Shown piece by piece: positions 1 through 11,803 of a stretch of DNA of 64,000 nucleotides. This DNA is from Octopus vulgaris. Its lineage: Eukaryota. The notes under the pieces are model-generated. The model did no database searches. It saw only the letters and a program-made list of their open reading frames with translations, and was not told the origin of the DNA. Every line of letters starts with the position of its first letter. Positions within the stretch are counted from its first letter, which is position 1. The DNA lies in NCBI GenBank assembly GCA_951406725.2, contig OX597815.1, forward strand, positions 80,662,001 to 80,726,000. Direction: 5' to 3'. Both the position numbers and the translations under genes were made by a program.

Positions 1-8
1 TAATATTT

Positions 9-100
9 TTTATCTACACCTGAAGAGATTATGCTCAGAAACATGATTTTAATATTTATCTAACTTCACCAGTTTAATCAAAACAGCTGTAAGAGATAAA
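9..100 (+). ncRNA. degenerate type I hammerhead ribozyme motif (PLE terminus)
   Basis: tttatct..CTGAAGA(20-26) gatta..taatc (stem II) AAAA (GAAA mutated) cagctg (palindromic stem III) TA ag agataaa; proximal stem I imperfect. Confidence 0.5.
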
Positions 101-325
101 TTAACGATTTCTTATTAACTTCAATATCTCCATTTTCCTATTTTTCATTTGCATATATTTGCTTCTGTATATATATATATATATGTATGTATATGTATAT
201 GTATATATGTATATATGTATATATACATGTATGTATATATACATGTATGTATATATACATATATGTGTATGTGTGTATGTATGTGTGTACACACACAAAC
301 ATACACACACATATATTGATTTGTT

Positions 326-404
326 TTAACGGATGAAGATTTTGTGTAAGACATGAATTTCTATCGTCATTATATTGCGCAATTATCCGAAACGTACGTG
401 TTAA
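326..404 (+). ncRNA. degenerate type I hammerhead motif
   Basis: ttaa CGGATGA agat..atcc GAAA cgtacg TG ttaa; core and cleavage-site substitutions, palindromic stem III. Confidence 0.4.
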
Positions 405-617
405 CTGCGTTCTAATTATCGATACATGTATTGACTTCATTTATATATTTATAAATGCATATATACACAAAGCATGTTATAAAATCCTACCTGGACCCGC
501 ATCTCAGTGCAAAAAGCTATTAATAGCTCGTATCTTTATACTGTGTACATTATATAACATTTATCTCTCACAGGATGGAGTATTTTTTTTATCTTAGCTT
601 AACGGAACATATATATG

Positions 618-680
<63 letters not shown>

Positions 681-1329
681 TTATATATATATATGCTTAT
701 ATATATGTATGCTTATATATGCATGAATGTATTTATGTTGTATGTACGTATGTATGTCACTTCTATTTTTTTAATTATCATAAAACAGAAGAGACATACA
801 TATATACAAACATACATACACACATACATAATACATACATAAATACGTACATACACACATAATTACATTCATACTTATATAAGTATATATATATATATAT
901 ATGTCCCATTAGGGAACACACACACATGCATATATATATACACACATATATATGCATGTAATTATGTAATTAATTTAATATATATGTACATCGAAGTCGT
1001 GTTTTATTGTTTTGTGAACAATGCCTCATTGTAATGAAACTATTTAACTGTCAAGATTACGAGCTAAAAAAAAAACAAACTCAGCATTCTCGATGCTAGT
1101 CATCCTTCGAATTCACTGCTTAGATTTGAATGTATAAGGATGCATTCCTTTTTTATATTATCGCCCATAAAAGAAGCTAACCAGCAGAACATACTTGGTG
1201 TGCTCTTGCGCTGTCGAGTGTTTACACTCGTGTTACACTATATCACTTTTCTTAATATATTGCGTTTTTTTCTAATTAATTCAATTTTCTTGCTTCATCG
1301 TCATAATATGTGCGCGTAGAGCATTGTTA

Positions 1330-2830
1330 CATGATTTCGAGTTAAAGGTTATAGAAAATGTAAAAACTGGATAAGAAATGAAGATTGTGAGGAACCGAAA
1401 TTTAAGTGAGCAAAACGCTTGTAAACAAACAGACAAAGTAAAACCATGGAAAATAAGTGGGAAAATGTTAAGTGTTTGAGCAGATATGCTACTTTACTCT
1501 TCCAGGCTATCATCTAGCAAAAAAGGTTTAAATTTTTGTAAGTAGTTGAAATAAGAAACCGAGGAAGCCACTCAAACATTTGCTACTTCACGTGAATGGT
1601 TTTAAAAAATTCAAGAAACAACTTCCGTATAACAGATAAATTAGCAAGTGCTGATATATGGGCGGCATTGGAATTTCTAGCACCATTGAAAGGCATATAA
1701 AAAGGTAAATATACACTTTAAAATATATACTCTCTATAATTTTAATACTTTTTGTACGGCAGTAATGAGCTAGCCCTAACATTCGATCTTCAGATGAGAT
1801 GAGACTGTTAAAAAAAAACAAAAACCAAAAGCAAAGAACATGCTACCTTCGGTTTGGTTTTCGTGACTATCTGCATCTATGGCCATGAGTGTTGGGAAAT
1901 GCCTGAAAGAGTACGATCGCGAATACAAGCGGCCGAGATGGGGTTTTTTTTCCCGAAAAGTCTCTACTTCTCTGTATTGTGAGATCACAGCTCAGGTGCT
2001 TTGAACAAATGTCACAGTAATGAATCGCAAGACGGATTCTTCCAACCAAGCTAATCGGCAGATCTAGGGGTAGACCAGGAGCGAGATGGTTGGGTCATAC
2101 TTGGGAACCCACTCGGAAAGCCTAATTACGGCTGCTTCTTTTAGGAAGACCCTATTGAAGAGGATCAGTGGGTGGGGGAAATGGATGAGTGGATATGCCA
2201 AAGGAGCAAACAGGTACTATGCTAGAAAGAAGAAGTTCGTCTCATATTCTTGTTAGGAGCGAATACAACAGGAACCATTACATATCCAGTTTTCTGATAT
2301 TCCAATCAGTGTCTCCAAATTTACTCTACTTGTTATATGGAAATGGGTTTAACAGGGTGCCATTCTTTAGTAGCTCGTATTTTAATATTGTGTGCATTAT
2401 ATGATATTTATCTCTCACAGGATGAAGTTTTTCTTTTTTTTTTATCTTACCTTAACGGATCGTGGAACATTTCAACTCGACCGTTGCTGTAAGTAGCATA
2501 ATTTCGAACCCAGGACATTTTTGTTTTTGAACAACGCTTCAGACCTTTTAAATTTTGACTCATTCCAAACTATATCTCTTGAAGTTCTCTTCATTCCACA
2601 AAACAGAACTTCACTAAGGAAGCCCATGGATCAGATTTTCATCTTTGTCTTCGAGATAATAGCTCAGAAAAACTTAGTCATTGATTATAGCGACTGATGA
2701 TAAACATTAATTTGTTCAGGAATTCAAGAAAAATTCCGTCATTATGCAAGCAGTAAATAAATGGTAATGTTACCTGATGCCTGGGAAGAACTTAAACATA
2801 TGCTTCGTTGGTGTTTGGACAAACTTATGC
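1330..2830 (+). mobile_element. degraded Tigger/pogo-like DNA transposon, interrupted by an RTE fragment
   Basis: Frame-broken translations FATSREWF..KFKK..ASAD (~1580-1655, CENP-B-type HTH) and FLNNAS..EVLFIPQNRTSLRKPMDQ (~2520-2635, cf. LDNA..FLPPNTTSLIQPMDQ). Confidence 0.6.
1840..2200 (+). mobile_element. RTE-clade LINE 3' fragment
   Basis: IYGHECWEMPERVRSRIQAAEMGF and RSRGRPGARWLG peptides typical of the RTE C-terminal region. Confidence 0.65.
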
Positions 2831-3937
2831 CCAAATTTAGTTAAGGAACTATAGAATAAGGGATGAGACTAAACCATTTACCAATACTATTATTACATAA
2901 AAAGCACAGGAAGTGGGATTTGAAGAAATTGATGCACACAAATACACGCATGCGCACACACACACACATATATGAATACATATATGCATGAATATATACA
3001 TACATATTTCTCTGGGCTCGAGGCTTCCAAACAGACATACATGCATACATACATACATACATACATACATACATACATACATGCATGCATACACACATAC
3101 ATACATATTCAGAATAAGAAAATAACGAATCGTAATCGTAATATGAGCACAAGGAAAGAAACAAACACAGAACAAATATGACGCCATAGTAAGTAAAAAG
3201 GGGAAAAAAAGAATAAAGAAAAGTTGAAAGCCAAATTACGTTGAATGTTTGTGGAATGAAGCTTGTTTCCTTCTACAACATGAAGTAAGAAGTGGATAAA
3301 ATGGAGATAATGAACAATTAAAACTGGTTTTTCGTGTTTACCGATCAACTTGAAACCACTTTCATTAAAACTGTAGTCTCTCTTCTCCTTTAATTCTTTC
3401 TGTATGTTCTGTTCAATTGCATTCTTCTGTTATTTTTTCATTTATTTAGTGTGAGTGTACGGGGGCTGTTTTTTTTTCTTTGTTGTTGGTATTGTTATTT
3501 TGTTTTGATATTGTTGTTGTTACTGTTGTTGATGTTGTTGTTGTTGTTGTTTTACCTCTGGACATATATGTGCTCCCGTTTGCTTTGATTGTTTTTATTG
3601 ATGAAATAGCACAAAGCTCGTGTGTAAAATACCTGTGTGTATTTTGCTATGCGTATATATGTGTATTGCATGGACCCAGGTATGCATGTACGTACACATG
3701 TATGTAGGCATACATGTATATACATGTTTGTATGTATGTATAATAAGGTATGTATGTCTGAGTCTATGAAGGTGTCTATGAGTAATTACATATGCATTTA
3801 TTTATGAAACGAACACACACACACACACACGCTGAAGAATATAAAATATTTGTGAACATTATATATATATATTAATTTGTGTACGTATGTATGTATGTAT
3901 GTATGTATGTATGTATGTATCTATCTATCTAGATATG

Positions 3938-3991
<54 letters not shown>

Positions 3992-4308
3992 TTATCTATG
4001 TGTGTGTGTGTGTTTATACTAAAGCGTTTCCCATCATATGATGGACGAGTTTAGAAGTATGCTTTTTCCACCATGAGTAATTATGGAAAATATGTTTTGT
4101 TAAATTTCTTGCTGCTTATTCAAAATAATAAAATGAATACTAATTTTCAAAAGACTAGAATTAAATATATCAAATACTGCATTCCAGCAGATTCTTATAT
4201 ATTTATATATATATATATATATATAACAAATGCGCAACCGGTAAAAGAACATTCACCTAATTAAATTACTTAAATTACTTCAATTATTTGTCAGCATTTT
4301 CTTCATTT

Positions 4309-4370
<62 letters not shown>

Positions 4371-4638
4371 TAATCCTTGTTGTATTTTGAACTCCTCTCA
4401 TAAATATTCTATCACTTACACTCTCTCCACCTCCGTTTTTTTCGTCTGTGTCTATGATACTTTCTCTTTCACTATGTTTAGCGTACTTTTACTCATTGCC
4501 TACCACTAAACCTAGTATGTGCATCCTTTCTGCACCTTTATGTTAACTGTCTCTGTCGTCTGTTATTCTCCGTCTCTGTATCTCTCGCTCTCTCCACCCT
4601 TCTCTCTCTCTCATTCACTCACTCTCTCTCGCTCTCCT

Positions 4639-4669
<31 letters not shown>

Positions 4670-4815
4670 ATGCAGTGTAAAACATGACTGGACAAATCAA
4701 CCATCCAACCAGCCAACCAACCAACCAGCCAACCAACATTTATATCGGCCATAATTATATAGAGATAGATACGGCGTCCATTTAGTTCCTTCTATTATTT
4801 TAATGAGACTATATA

Positions 4816-5638
4816 CAGTACTGTGCAAAAGTCTTTAAACTTGTAAATTTCTATTGTAAAATGCCAACTTATAAGTGGATGTATCGGATTTCGTTTTTTA
4901 CAGATGAAACTTTGGCCCTGTTGGAGTCATTTCCATACCTAATCATAAAATTTTGTAGTAGGGGTTCTGAATGAGAGGGGGAGATACGAAAGGACCAACA
5001 AAAATGACCGTGCAAAATGTTTCGGCCACCTCACATAAACCAACCGAGGTACAGTGTTTTAAAACAGAAGAATGTCTATAATGAAAATTAATTGCATAAT
5101 GTTCATTTTAAGAAGTTACTGTACATTGTTAATATTTTACGTGACTTCCCTTGGCTTGAATAATTGCTTCAATGCACCTGGGAAGAGTTGCGTACAAATC
5201 CTTCGTCATCTTCACAGGTATGAGATACCATTCTCCTACATCTCTTCAAGAGTGTGTGGATTCTTCTCACGAACTCTTCTCTTTAGTTCTGTCCACGTTT
5301 GCTCGATGATATTTAAGTCAGGGCTCTGAGCTGGTCAATCTTTCAATACGGTAACACCGTCATCAGCCAGACTCTGTCCTGTTGCACGCGATCTGTGGCA
5401 TAGAGCTCCGACATGCTGAAAAATCTCAACTTCATCGTAGTTTGGTATCAAATTGTCCTTCAGCAACTGGACGAAGTTACCGTCAATTTTAACCAAATCT
5501 TTTGAACCATCACTTTTTATGTTTCCCCAAAGCATTAGACCCTTACCCCCAAAACTGAAGGATTAGTCAAAGTGTGTGATGTTTCAAGAATAATAGAGTT
5601 GAGCATGAAAGTTAACTATCAATAACTTTGCACAGCTC
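4816..5638 (-). mobile_element. internally deleted Tc1-like transposon
   Basis: TA|CAGTACTGTGCAAAAG end at 4816, degenerate CTTTGCACAG at ~5626-5635; minus-strand IFQH..CHRSRAT..PAQSPDLNIIEQTWTELKRRV. Confidence 0.75.
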
Positions 5639-5889
5639 AAATAGTTCAATAACATTTTGAAATACAAAGTCCAGCATGTCTTGTGCTATATTATCTACAT
5701 TTTACATACTGTTGTGTAACTTCTCCGGGGTCTTAACCATTGGCAGGATCGCAAATTGATAAAGTCCCGAGCAAAGGAATCTGTACAGTTTAGACCACTT
5801 GTTCTCAGCCATTTTTTTGCCTTTGGGTCCCTTTGATTCCTGTTTTACTCGGGTGAACACTCGTAACCATTCCATTTTCTTTTTTCTTC

Positions 5890-6325
5890 TATTCTTTTAC
5901 TTGTTTCAGTCATTTGACTGCGGCCATGCTGGAGCACCGCCTTTAGTCGAACAAATCGACCCCAGGACTTATTCTTTGTTAGCCTAGTACGTATTTTATT
6001 GGTCTCTTTTGCCGAACCGCTAAGTTACGGGGAATCTGGGGGGAAAAACACAGGAACACAGACACAAACGCACACACAAACGCACACACAAACACACACA
6101 CACACACGCACAAACACTCACACACACATATGTATATATGTATATATATATATATATACGACGGGATTCTTTCAGTTTCTGTCTACCAAATCCACTCACA
6201 AGGCTTTGGTCGGCCCGAAGCTATTGCAGAAGACACTTGCCCAAGGTACCACGCAGTGGGACTGAACCCGGAACCATGTGGTTGGTAGGCAAACTATTTA
6301 CCATACAGCCATTCCTACTCCTATG
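5890..6325 (-). mobile_element. SINE family A (tRNA-like head, CORE-like segment, internal microsatellite)
   Basis: Reverse complement of the copies at 17048, 31392, 35965 and 57278; ggttccgggttcagtccc B-box-like motif, ccttgggcaagtgtctt. Confidence 0.85.
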
Positions 6326-6359
6326 TTTAAAAAATTATAGCTTTATAATTAAATATTAT

Positions 6360-6460
6360 TAGGAACTGTATTTAAAAAAAGTTGTTAAAATATGTTGTGT
6401 ACTGTAGAAGTATGGCCATGGCTCCCTAAGGGTCATGTGGACCCCGGTTGAGAACCACTG
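6360..6460 (-). mobile_element. hAT-like terminal fragment
   Basis: Minus strand starts CAGTGGTTCTCAAC, a Charlie-type hAT terminus; no partner end found. Confidence 0.45.
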
Positions 6461-7429
6461 GCTTAGATGCTGATTAGAATTTGATATTCTCGATTTAGAC
6501 TCTCGATTTAGAAATGAATTGTGCAAATAACGCCGTACGATCGTTGCGTAATGACAAGTGTTGAAATATGTCAATGTTAATTTATCTGCAGTTACTTGCA
6601 ACATCATTAGCCTCAACAACAGAAAACTATCCATAAATCTCTCATAACCTTCAAGACATTAGTCTTAGATTCCCAGTGTTCGACAAACTACTTTGAATGT
6701 TTACCCAAATGCAGGAATAGCAGCGATTTACTTTTCCACACTTACAGAACGTTGCTTCATTAGGGAAAAGAATATTGCCCGTTAAATTTTCGGTGTGGAT
6801 GTGTTCTATGGAAATCAACACATGCTACACTCCTTGAAGGGAAATCTTCATTATATGAGAATGTGAAAATTGCAGATAATAACTTCACACTCCTCTGGAA
6901 TTATCGTGAGGCTCTGAAAAGAAAACATATAAAATTACATTACTTTCATTAAAATAAATAAAGACGTTAAGCTCACCCTGTATAAGACTCCTGTCAGTTG
7001 CATTTATCTATGTATCTGCATCTGCAATTGCTGTATCCAGGGCTCAAGCTTTATATACTTATTAAGACCGGCATTTACTTTCCAACAAGCTCTCTCCTTT
7101 CTTCATAGGCATGGGCCCAAATAAGTTAGCACTTATTAAACCAAAAGAGACAGAACAAATGCTGTAAGGCATTTTGTGACACTCTTTGAAAATTCCGCCA
7201 ATCAACTGAACGGGAAGAATATTTTAATTCAGAGATACCAAAAACAGAATGCAAAGTATATCATATATAAATAGAATGCATATACATGTAGATACACGTG
7301 TGTGTGTTTGTGTGTGTGTGTTGTGTATGTGCGCGCGCCCATAATTATATATGTACATATATAGTATACATTTGCACCCATGATTATATTTTTAGAATTG
7401 TTTGGGGCAGATGATTCTGCAGTAGGCTC

Positions 7430-7625
7430 CTGCATTTCCTACATTTACAAACCGAATTCTACAAGTGCAGCTGGCTTCTATATCATGTGCACTGACTTAT
7501 ACAACAAGCGGAGTCGATTTCTGCTACAAGTGCTTTTGATATGTACAAGATGTGCCGCTTACTTCTATAAGAAGTATTGCTAGGTTCTACAAAATGTGTG
7601 TCTGGCTTCTACTGCGATGCGTGTT
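7430..7625. repeat. degenerate ~22-bp minisatellite
   Basis: About 8 units resembling gcttctacaagatgtgc(n)gctg. Confidence 0.5.
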
Positions 7626-8446
7626 TGAAAACTAAACTATATCCAATCCCTACAATTCGTGAAGAAGAATATAACACACTTAGCTCTAGTCACACTAACT
7701 AAATGTATGTAAACAGACAAAACTCTGTCACTAAATATAGATACAAGCCAAATATGACAGCATAAACTGAACTTAGTCACACCTACTAAATGTAGACACA
7801 AAAGCCATGTGTGGTTACACAGACCAAATATACTTTGTCACACATATTAAAAGCACGCTCAGATCAAATATTATCACATAATCATAATACTAGCATATAG
7901 TAAAGTGTTTATCCGAAAGAAACCCATATTTGTAAGGTGTCTTTTATCTCCAGAGGCTTTTGTTTTCTAACTAGAAATTTTCTGGAACTAGGGAGTCTAA
8001 TCCCAAATAGGTTACAGATTGGAGTTGCAGATTTACGCGTAGTTTGTAAAACAATGCCAAAGCTTCGAAATATTACAACCTCGCAAAATTATGTATCGTG
8101 TAAACTTGCCATGCAGCTAAAAAGCGACGTTACTGTACATCGTAATAGAAATTTAATTCATTCATGATTACCTTGTTGCCACCCGCCAAAAGGTTGTTTT
8201 CCGCGCTAGTGGTAACCAAAATTCTTACATACCGAAAGCAACTTTTTTATATTTTCAGTGCCTTCGAACTTCAATGAAGTTATAATTTAATTTTAAAGGA
8301 TTAAACTGATTGAAAGCAACAATAGGTTTATTAAAGCTTAACGTAGCTTTTGCACACCAAGATTTGTTTGGTGCACCTACATGAGATTTAGCTAACAAAC
8401 TACTAAAATATTTCCTTCTTCATCACAGGTAGTCATGGTTTCGTGT

Positions 8447-8513
<67 letters not shown>

Positions 8514-8529
8514 ACACACATACACATAT

Positions 8530-8679
8530 GAAAAAGTGAATAGAAATGGCCTTTCTGATAATTTCCCCACTTTAATAATTAGACGTTTATATGTTATAAT
8601 AATTAGATGTTCAAACTTATAAACATCTAATTATTAAAGTGGGAAAATTATCAGAAAAGCCATCTCTATTTATTTTTTC
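8530..8679. repeat. ~60-bp-arm inverted repeat
   Basis: 8530-8591 is the near reverse complement of 8618-8679; flanked by (CA)n and (TA)n. Confidence 0.85.
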
Positions 8680-8749
8680 AAATACTGTACCAAGGATTTT
8701 TTTATTTCTTATTCAACTATATACATAAATAACGAACTACTAAAGATTG

Positions 8750-8807
<58 letters not shown>

Positions 8808-8936
8808 TAAAAAGAATTCCAACCTTGTCTGATTTTCACGTTTTATTTACAATCTTATAATGATATATTATAAGATAATATATTATAATTGAATAAAATA
8901 AAATGAAATAGTAGAATGTTAAATATTCATTCTGAT

Positions 8937-8981
8937 TGAACTAGTACTTTCATGCATTGAATTCTGCAATCTTCGGGTTCA
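8937..8981 (-). ncRNA. minimal type I hammerhead ribozyme in the PLE 3' terminal region
   Basis: Minus strand: UGAAC CCGAAGA u UGCA gaauucaa UGCA u GAAA GUAC UA GUUCA; perfect 5-bp stem I, 4-bp stem II, palindromic stem III, U4C core variant. Confidence 0.8.
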
Positions 8982-9014
8982 TGTAGTAGTGTTGACAGTC
9001 ATGCTTCACAATTT

Positions 9015-9160
9015 TTGACTGTAGCAAGATGAGTGATTCTGTGCTATAAATACAGCTGGGTAGGCTCCAGAGTGCTAGGTTTTGCAAACTGTATTCTGAC
9101 CAATCAGTGTGTAGTATCACTCAATTACTTAAGCTGATTGGTTGGTTGAGCTGATTGGTT
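9015..9160 (-). promoter_or_regulatory. putative pseudo-LTR Pol II promoter
   Basis: Three CCAAT boxes (~9100, ~9135, ~9153), TATTTATA (~9045-9052) and an ACAGTC initiator-like site ~25-30 nt downstream, just 5' of the HHR. Confidence 0.45.
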
Positions 9161-9475
9161 TAGGCATCACGCTTTGTTGGACAGGTCAAGAGTCCTGTAT
9201 CTTGACCCTGGCCGAAGCAGCAATTGTTGGGTTATTTTTAGAAATGTTGTAAATATCCTTTGTCAGAGATTTTTATATTTTTATATTTCAATTGTCATCA
9301 TCATCATTGTCAGCACCTTAATTATTGTTGCTAGTGGTGATGGTGGTGGCAATAGAACTTTTAACCCTAAATAAGATAATTTTCCTGCTATCTTCGTCTT
9401 GATCACCTTTAGTATTGTTGTTGTTGTTAGTGGTCATGGTCGTAGCAGTGGAAGTAATACCTCTAAGTATTATTA

Positions 9476-11803
9476 TTATTGCTTATTTAGCTTGGGTTCG
9501 AATTTATCAATAAAATTCTTTTCTCTGATTTTCCTCTCGATTTCACTTGGGCTGTGTAATTTGTAGAATGGAAATATTATATATATTTTCCGACCACATG
9601 TTGCTAGGTGGTTACTCAAAGGTATCTGACGGACCTCTGGGTCTCTAATCTGTTGCCGGTGTACACGTGAGCGTTCTAATAGTGCGTTTCCCGTCTGACC
9701 TACATATATTTCTTCACAATTTGGGCATTTGATGCAGTAAATTAAATTTCTGCTTTTGCAGTTCATATTCGCGTTTGTGAATATTTTCCCGGTTTTTGTG
9801 TTTATATATTGACCGGTATGTATGAATTGGCATGTGCCACATCGGCTATCATTGCATTTAGATACCGTGAATGTTTGGTCTTTGTTGCTGAGGTCAAATT
9901 TTGCCTTTGTTAGTAATGTTTTCAAGTTTTTAGGCTGTCTTTTACTAAGCACCATAGCTCGATCCTTGATTATGTCTTTTAATTCATTACTTTGGGCAAT
10001 GATTGGTAGGTTTGCTTTGGCAATGTTGAAGATATTCTGGTGACATGGGTTGTGTGTCACTATGAATGGTATGACTTGTTCTTGTTTTCCTCTTCCTTGG
10101 GTTGTCCTAAGTTGTTGTATAGGTATTTTTATAGCCCGCTGTATGCCATTTTCTATAAGTAGAGATGGGTATTTTTGTTTGAGCAAAAATTCTCTTAGTT
10201 CTATTAGGCGTTTGTTCCTGATATTTGCATCTTCTACAATAGTACAAATTCTTCTGGCTAGGCAGTATGGGATGTTACGTTTTGTATGTGGTGGATGGCA
10301 CGACTTAAAATTTAGGTATTGATGTGTGTCTGTGTGTTTATAGTATATATCTGTGGTGATGGTGGTGTCTTTTTTAATTACCATTATATCCAGGAATGGT
10401 AATTTGGTACTACTCATCTCCTTTGTAAATTTGAGAGATGGGTGTAGGTTGTTCAGGAGGATATTGAACTCTTCCAGAGTATTTAGAGATTCTGTCCAGA
10501 TTATGAAACAGTCGTCTAGGTATCTCTTCCATGCCTTTTCAATATACTTTCTAAATCCAGTGCTATAGTTTACCTCCACCTCTTGGTAGAGTTGTTCTTC
10601 TAAGTATCCCATTACAGAGTTGGCGTAAACGGGAGCAAACCTCGTTCCCATCGCCGTGCCTCTAATTTGGATGTAATTCTTTCCATTGAAGAAGAATGTG
10701 TTATTTTCTAGAATAAGTTTGACTGTGTCTAATATAAATGGCACTGTGAATCTGCTGGGAATCACTTCTCTATGTTTTTCTAACCAGTATTTAATCGCCT
10801 TTATTCCTAAATCGTGTGGAATATTGGTGTAGAGGCTTACCACATCAAAACTTAGCAAAACTGAATTTGTTTCTGTTGTTTTGGGAAGATGGGACAGGAA
10901 GTCGATGTCATCCCTGATGAAACTTGGTATGTAAGTACATAGTGGTTTCAAAACAATGTCAATAAAATTGCTTAGACGGTGTGTAGGGCATGCTGGACCA
11001 GCTATAATAGGTCTAAGTTTTAGGTCTTTTGGATGTAATAATTTTATGTACTCACTTTCTTGTTCTTTTACTGCCTGTTGAATGTTTTTTGATTTGTGTA
11101 TTTTTGGTAAGCCGTAGAAGTTGCTGGGTTTTGGTTCAAAATTGGTGATGTAGTCTTTTTCATTATCCGTAAGTGAGTTGTGGTGTGTTGAAATCAGGTT
11201 GTTGATCTTTTTCATGATGTGGTGGTCTATATTTGCGGGTATTTCACAATAGAAGGTTGTATCCTTCAGTTGGTCTTCAACCAAATCCTTATAGTATTCG
11301 GTATCCATAATAACAATTGCACCACCTTTATCTGCTTGTTTAATTATTATTGTTTGATCGTTTTGTATACGTTTACATGCAGACATCTCTGATTTGCTAA
11401 TGTTTGGCCTAACATTGGTATTGCGTCTAAGGGGAAATTTAGACAGGATATCAATGTATTGGTCAAGGTAGTTATTTCTTCCTTTTGGTGGGGTGAAATT
11501 TGATTTATTCCTTACTAGGGATTCATCAATCTCATTACTTTTGTTAGCGAAGAATTCTACAAGTCGTAATTTTCGACAGAATTTTTGGATATCCTCCTTT
11601 AATTCTTGGTGGTTGGCTGTTGGTGTAGGTGTGAATTTCAGTCCTTTTGACAGAAGTTGGATTTCATCATTGTCAAGATCTCTTTTTGATAAATTAATTA
11701 TTTTAGGATCTATACGTTCAGTTGTTTGGGGTATGTTTCCTCTTGGATTTTTTCTTTCTCCGGTGTTTGTTGTCCTGACGTAAAAAAATGGATTTTTTTC
11801 TGG
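9476..11803 (-). CDS. PLE reverse transcriptase + GIY-YIG endonuclease; frame open from 11803, first ATG at 11386 (636 aa from ATG)
   Basis: IINLS..LLSKGLKFTPTP upstream of the ATG; ADKGGAIV, FYGLPKIHK, RPII, SFDVVSLYTNIP, GTAMGTRFAP, RYLDD, LPFLD; Cys linker KCNDSRCGTC; NLIYCIKCPNCEEIYVGQT. Confidence 0.95.
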   Translation of the reverse strand, partial: PEKNPFFYVRTTNTGERKNPRGNIPQTTERIDPKIINLSKRDLDNDEIQLLSKGLKFTPTPTANHQELKEDIQKFCRKLRLVEFFANKSNEIDESLVRNKSNFTPPKGRNNYLDQYIDILSKFPLRRNTNVRPNISKSEMSACKRIQNDQTIIIKQADKGGAIVIMDTEYYKDLVEDQLKDTTFYCEIPANIDHHIMKKINNLISTHHNSLTDNEKDYITNFEPKPSNFYGLPKIHKSKNIQQAVKEQESEYIKLLHPKDLKLRPIIAGPACPTHRLSNFIDIVLKPLCTYIPSFIRDDIDFLSHLPKTTETNSVLLSFDVVSLYTNIPHDLGIKAIKYWLEKHREVIPSRFTVPFILDTVKLILENNTFFFNGKNYIQIRGTAMGTRFAPVYANSVMGYLEEQLYQEVEVNYSTGFRKYIEKAWKRYLDDCFIIWTESLNTLEEFNILLNNLHPSLKFTKEMSSTKLPFLDIMVIKKDTTITTDIYYKHTDTHQYLNFKSCHPPHTKRNIPYCLARRICTIVEDANIRNKRLIELREFLLKQKYPSLLIENGIQRAIKIPIQQLRTTQGRGKQEQVIPFIVTHNPCHQNIFNIAKANLPIIAQSNELKDIIKDRAMVLSKRQPKNLKTLLTKAKFDLSNKDQTFTVSKCNDSRCGTCQFIHTGQYINTKTGKIFTNANMNCKSRNLIYCIKCPNCEEIYVGQTGNALLERSRVHRQQIRDPEVRQIPLSNHLATCGRKIYIIFPFYKLHSPSEIERKIREKNFIDKFEPKLNKQ

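Noticed and set aside
4018-4055. HHR-like fold on the minus strand (and another at ~16385-16530)
   Set aside because: Stem II and GAAA present but the CUGANGA core or stem I is missing
9822-10568. Plus-strand ORFs opposite the RT (also 11493-12306)
   Set aside because: Antisense shadows of the PLE coding sequence
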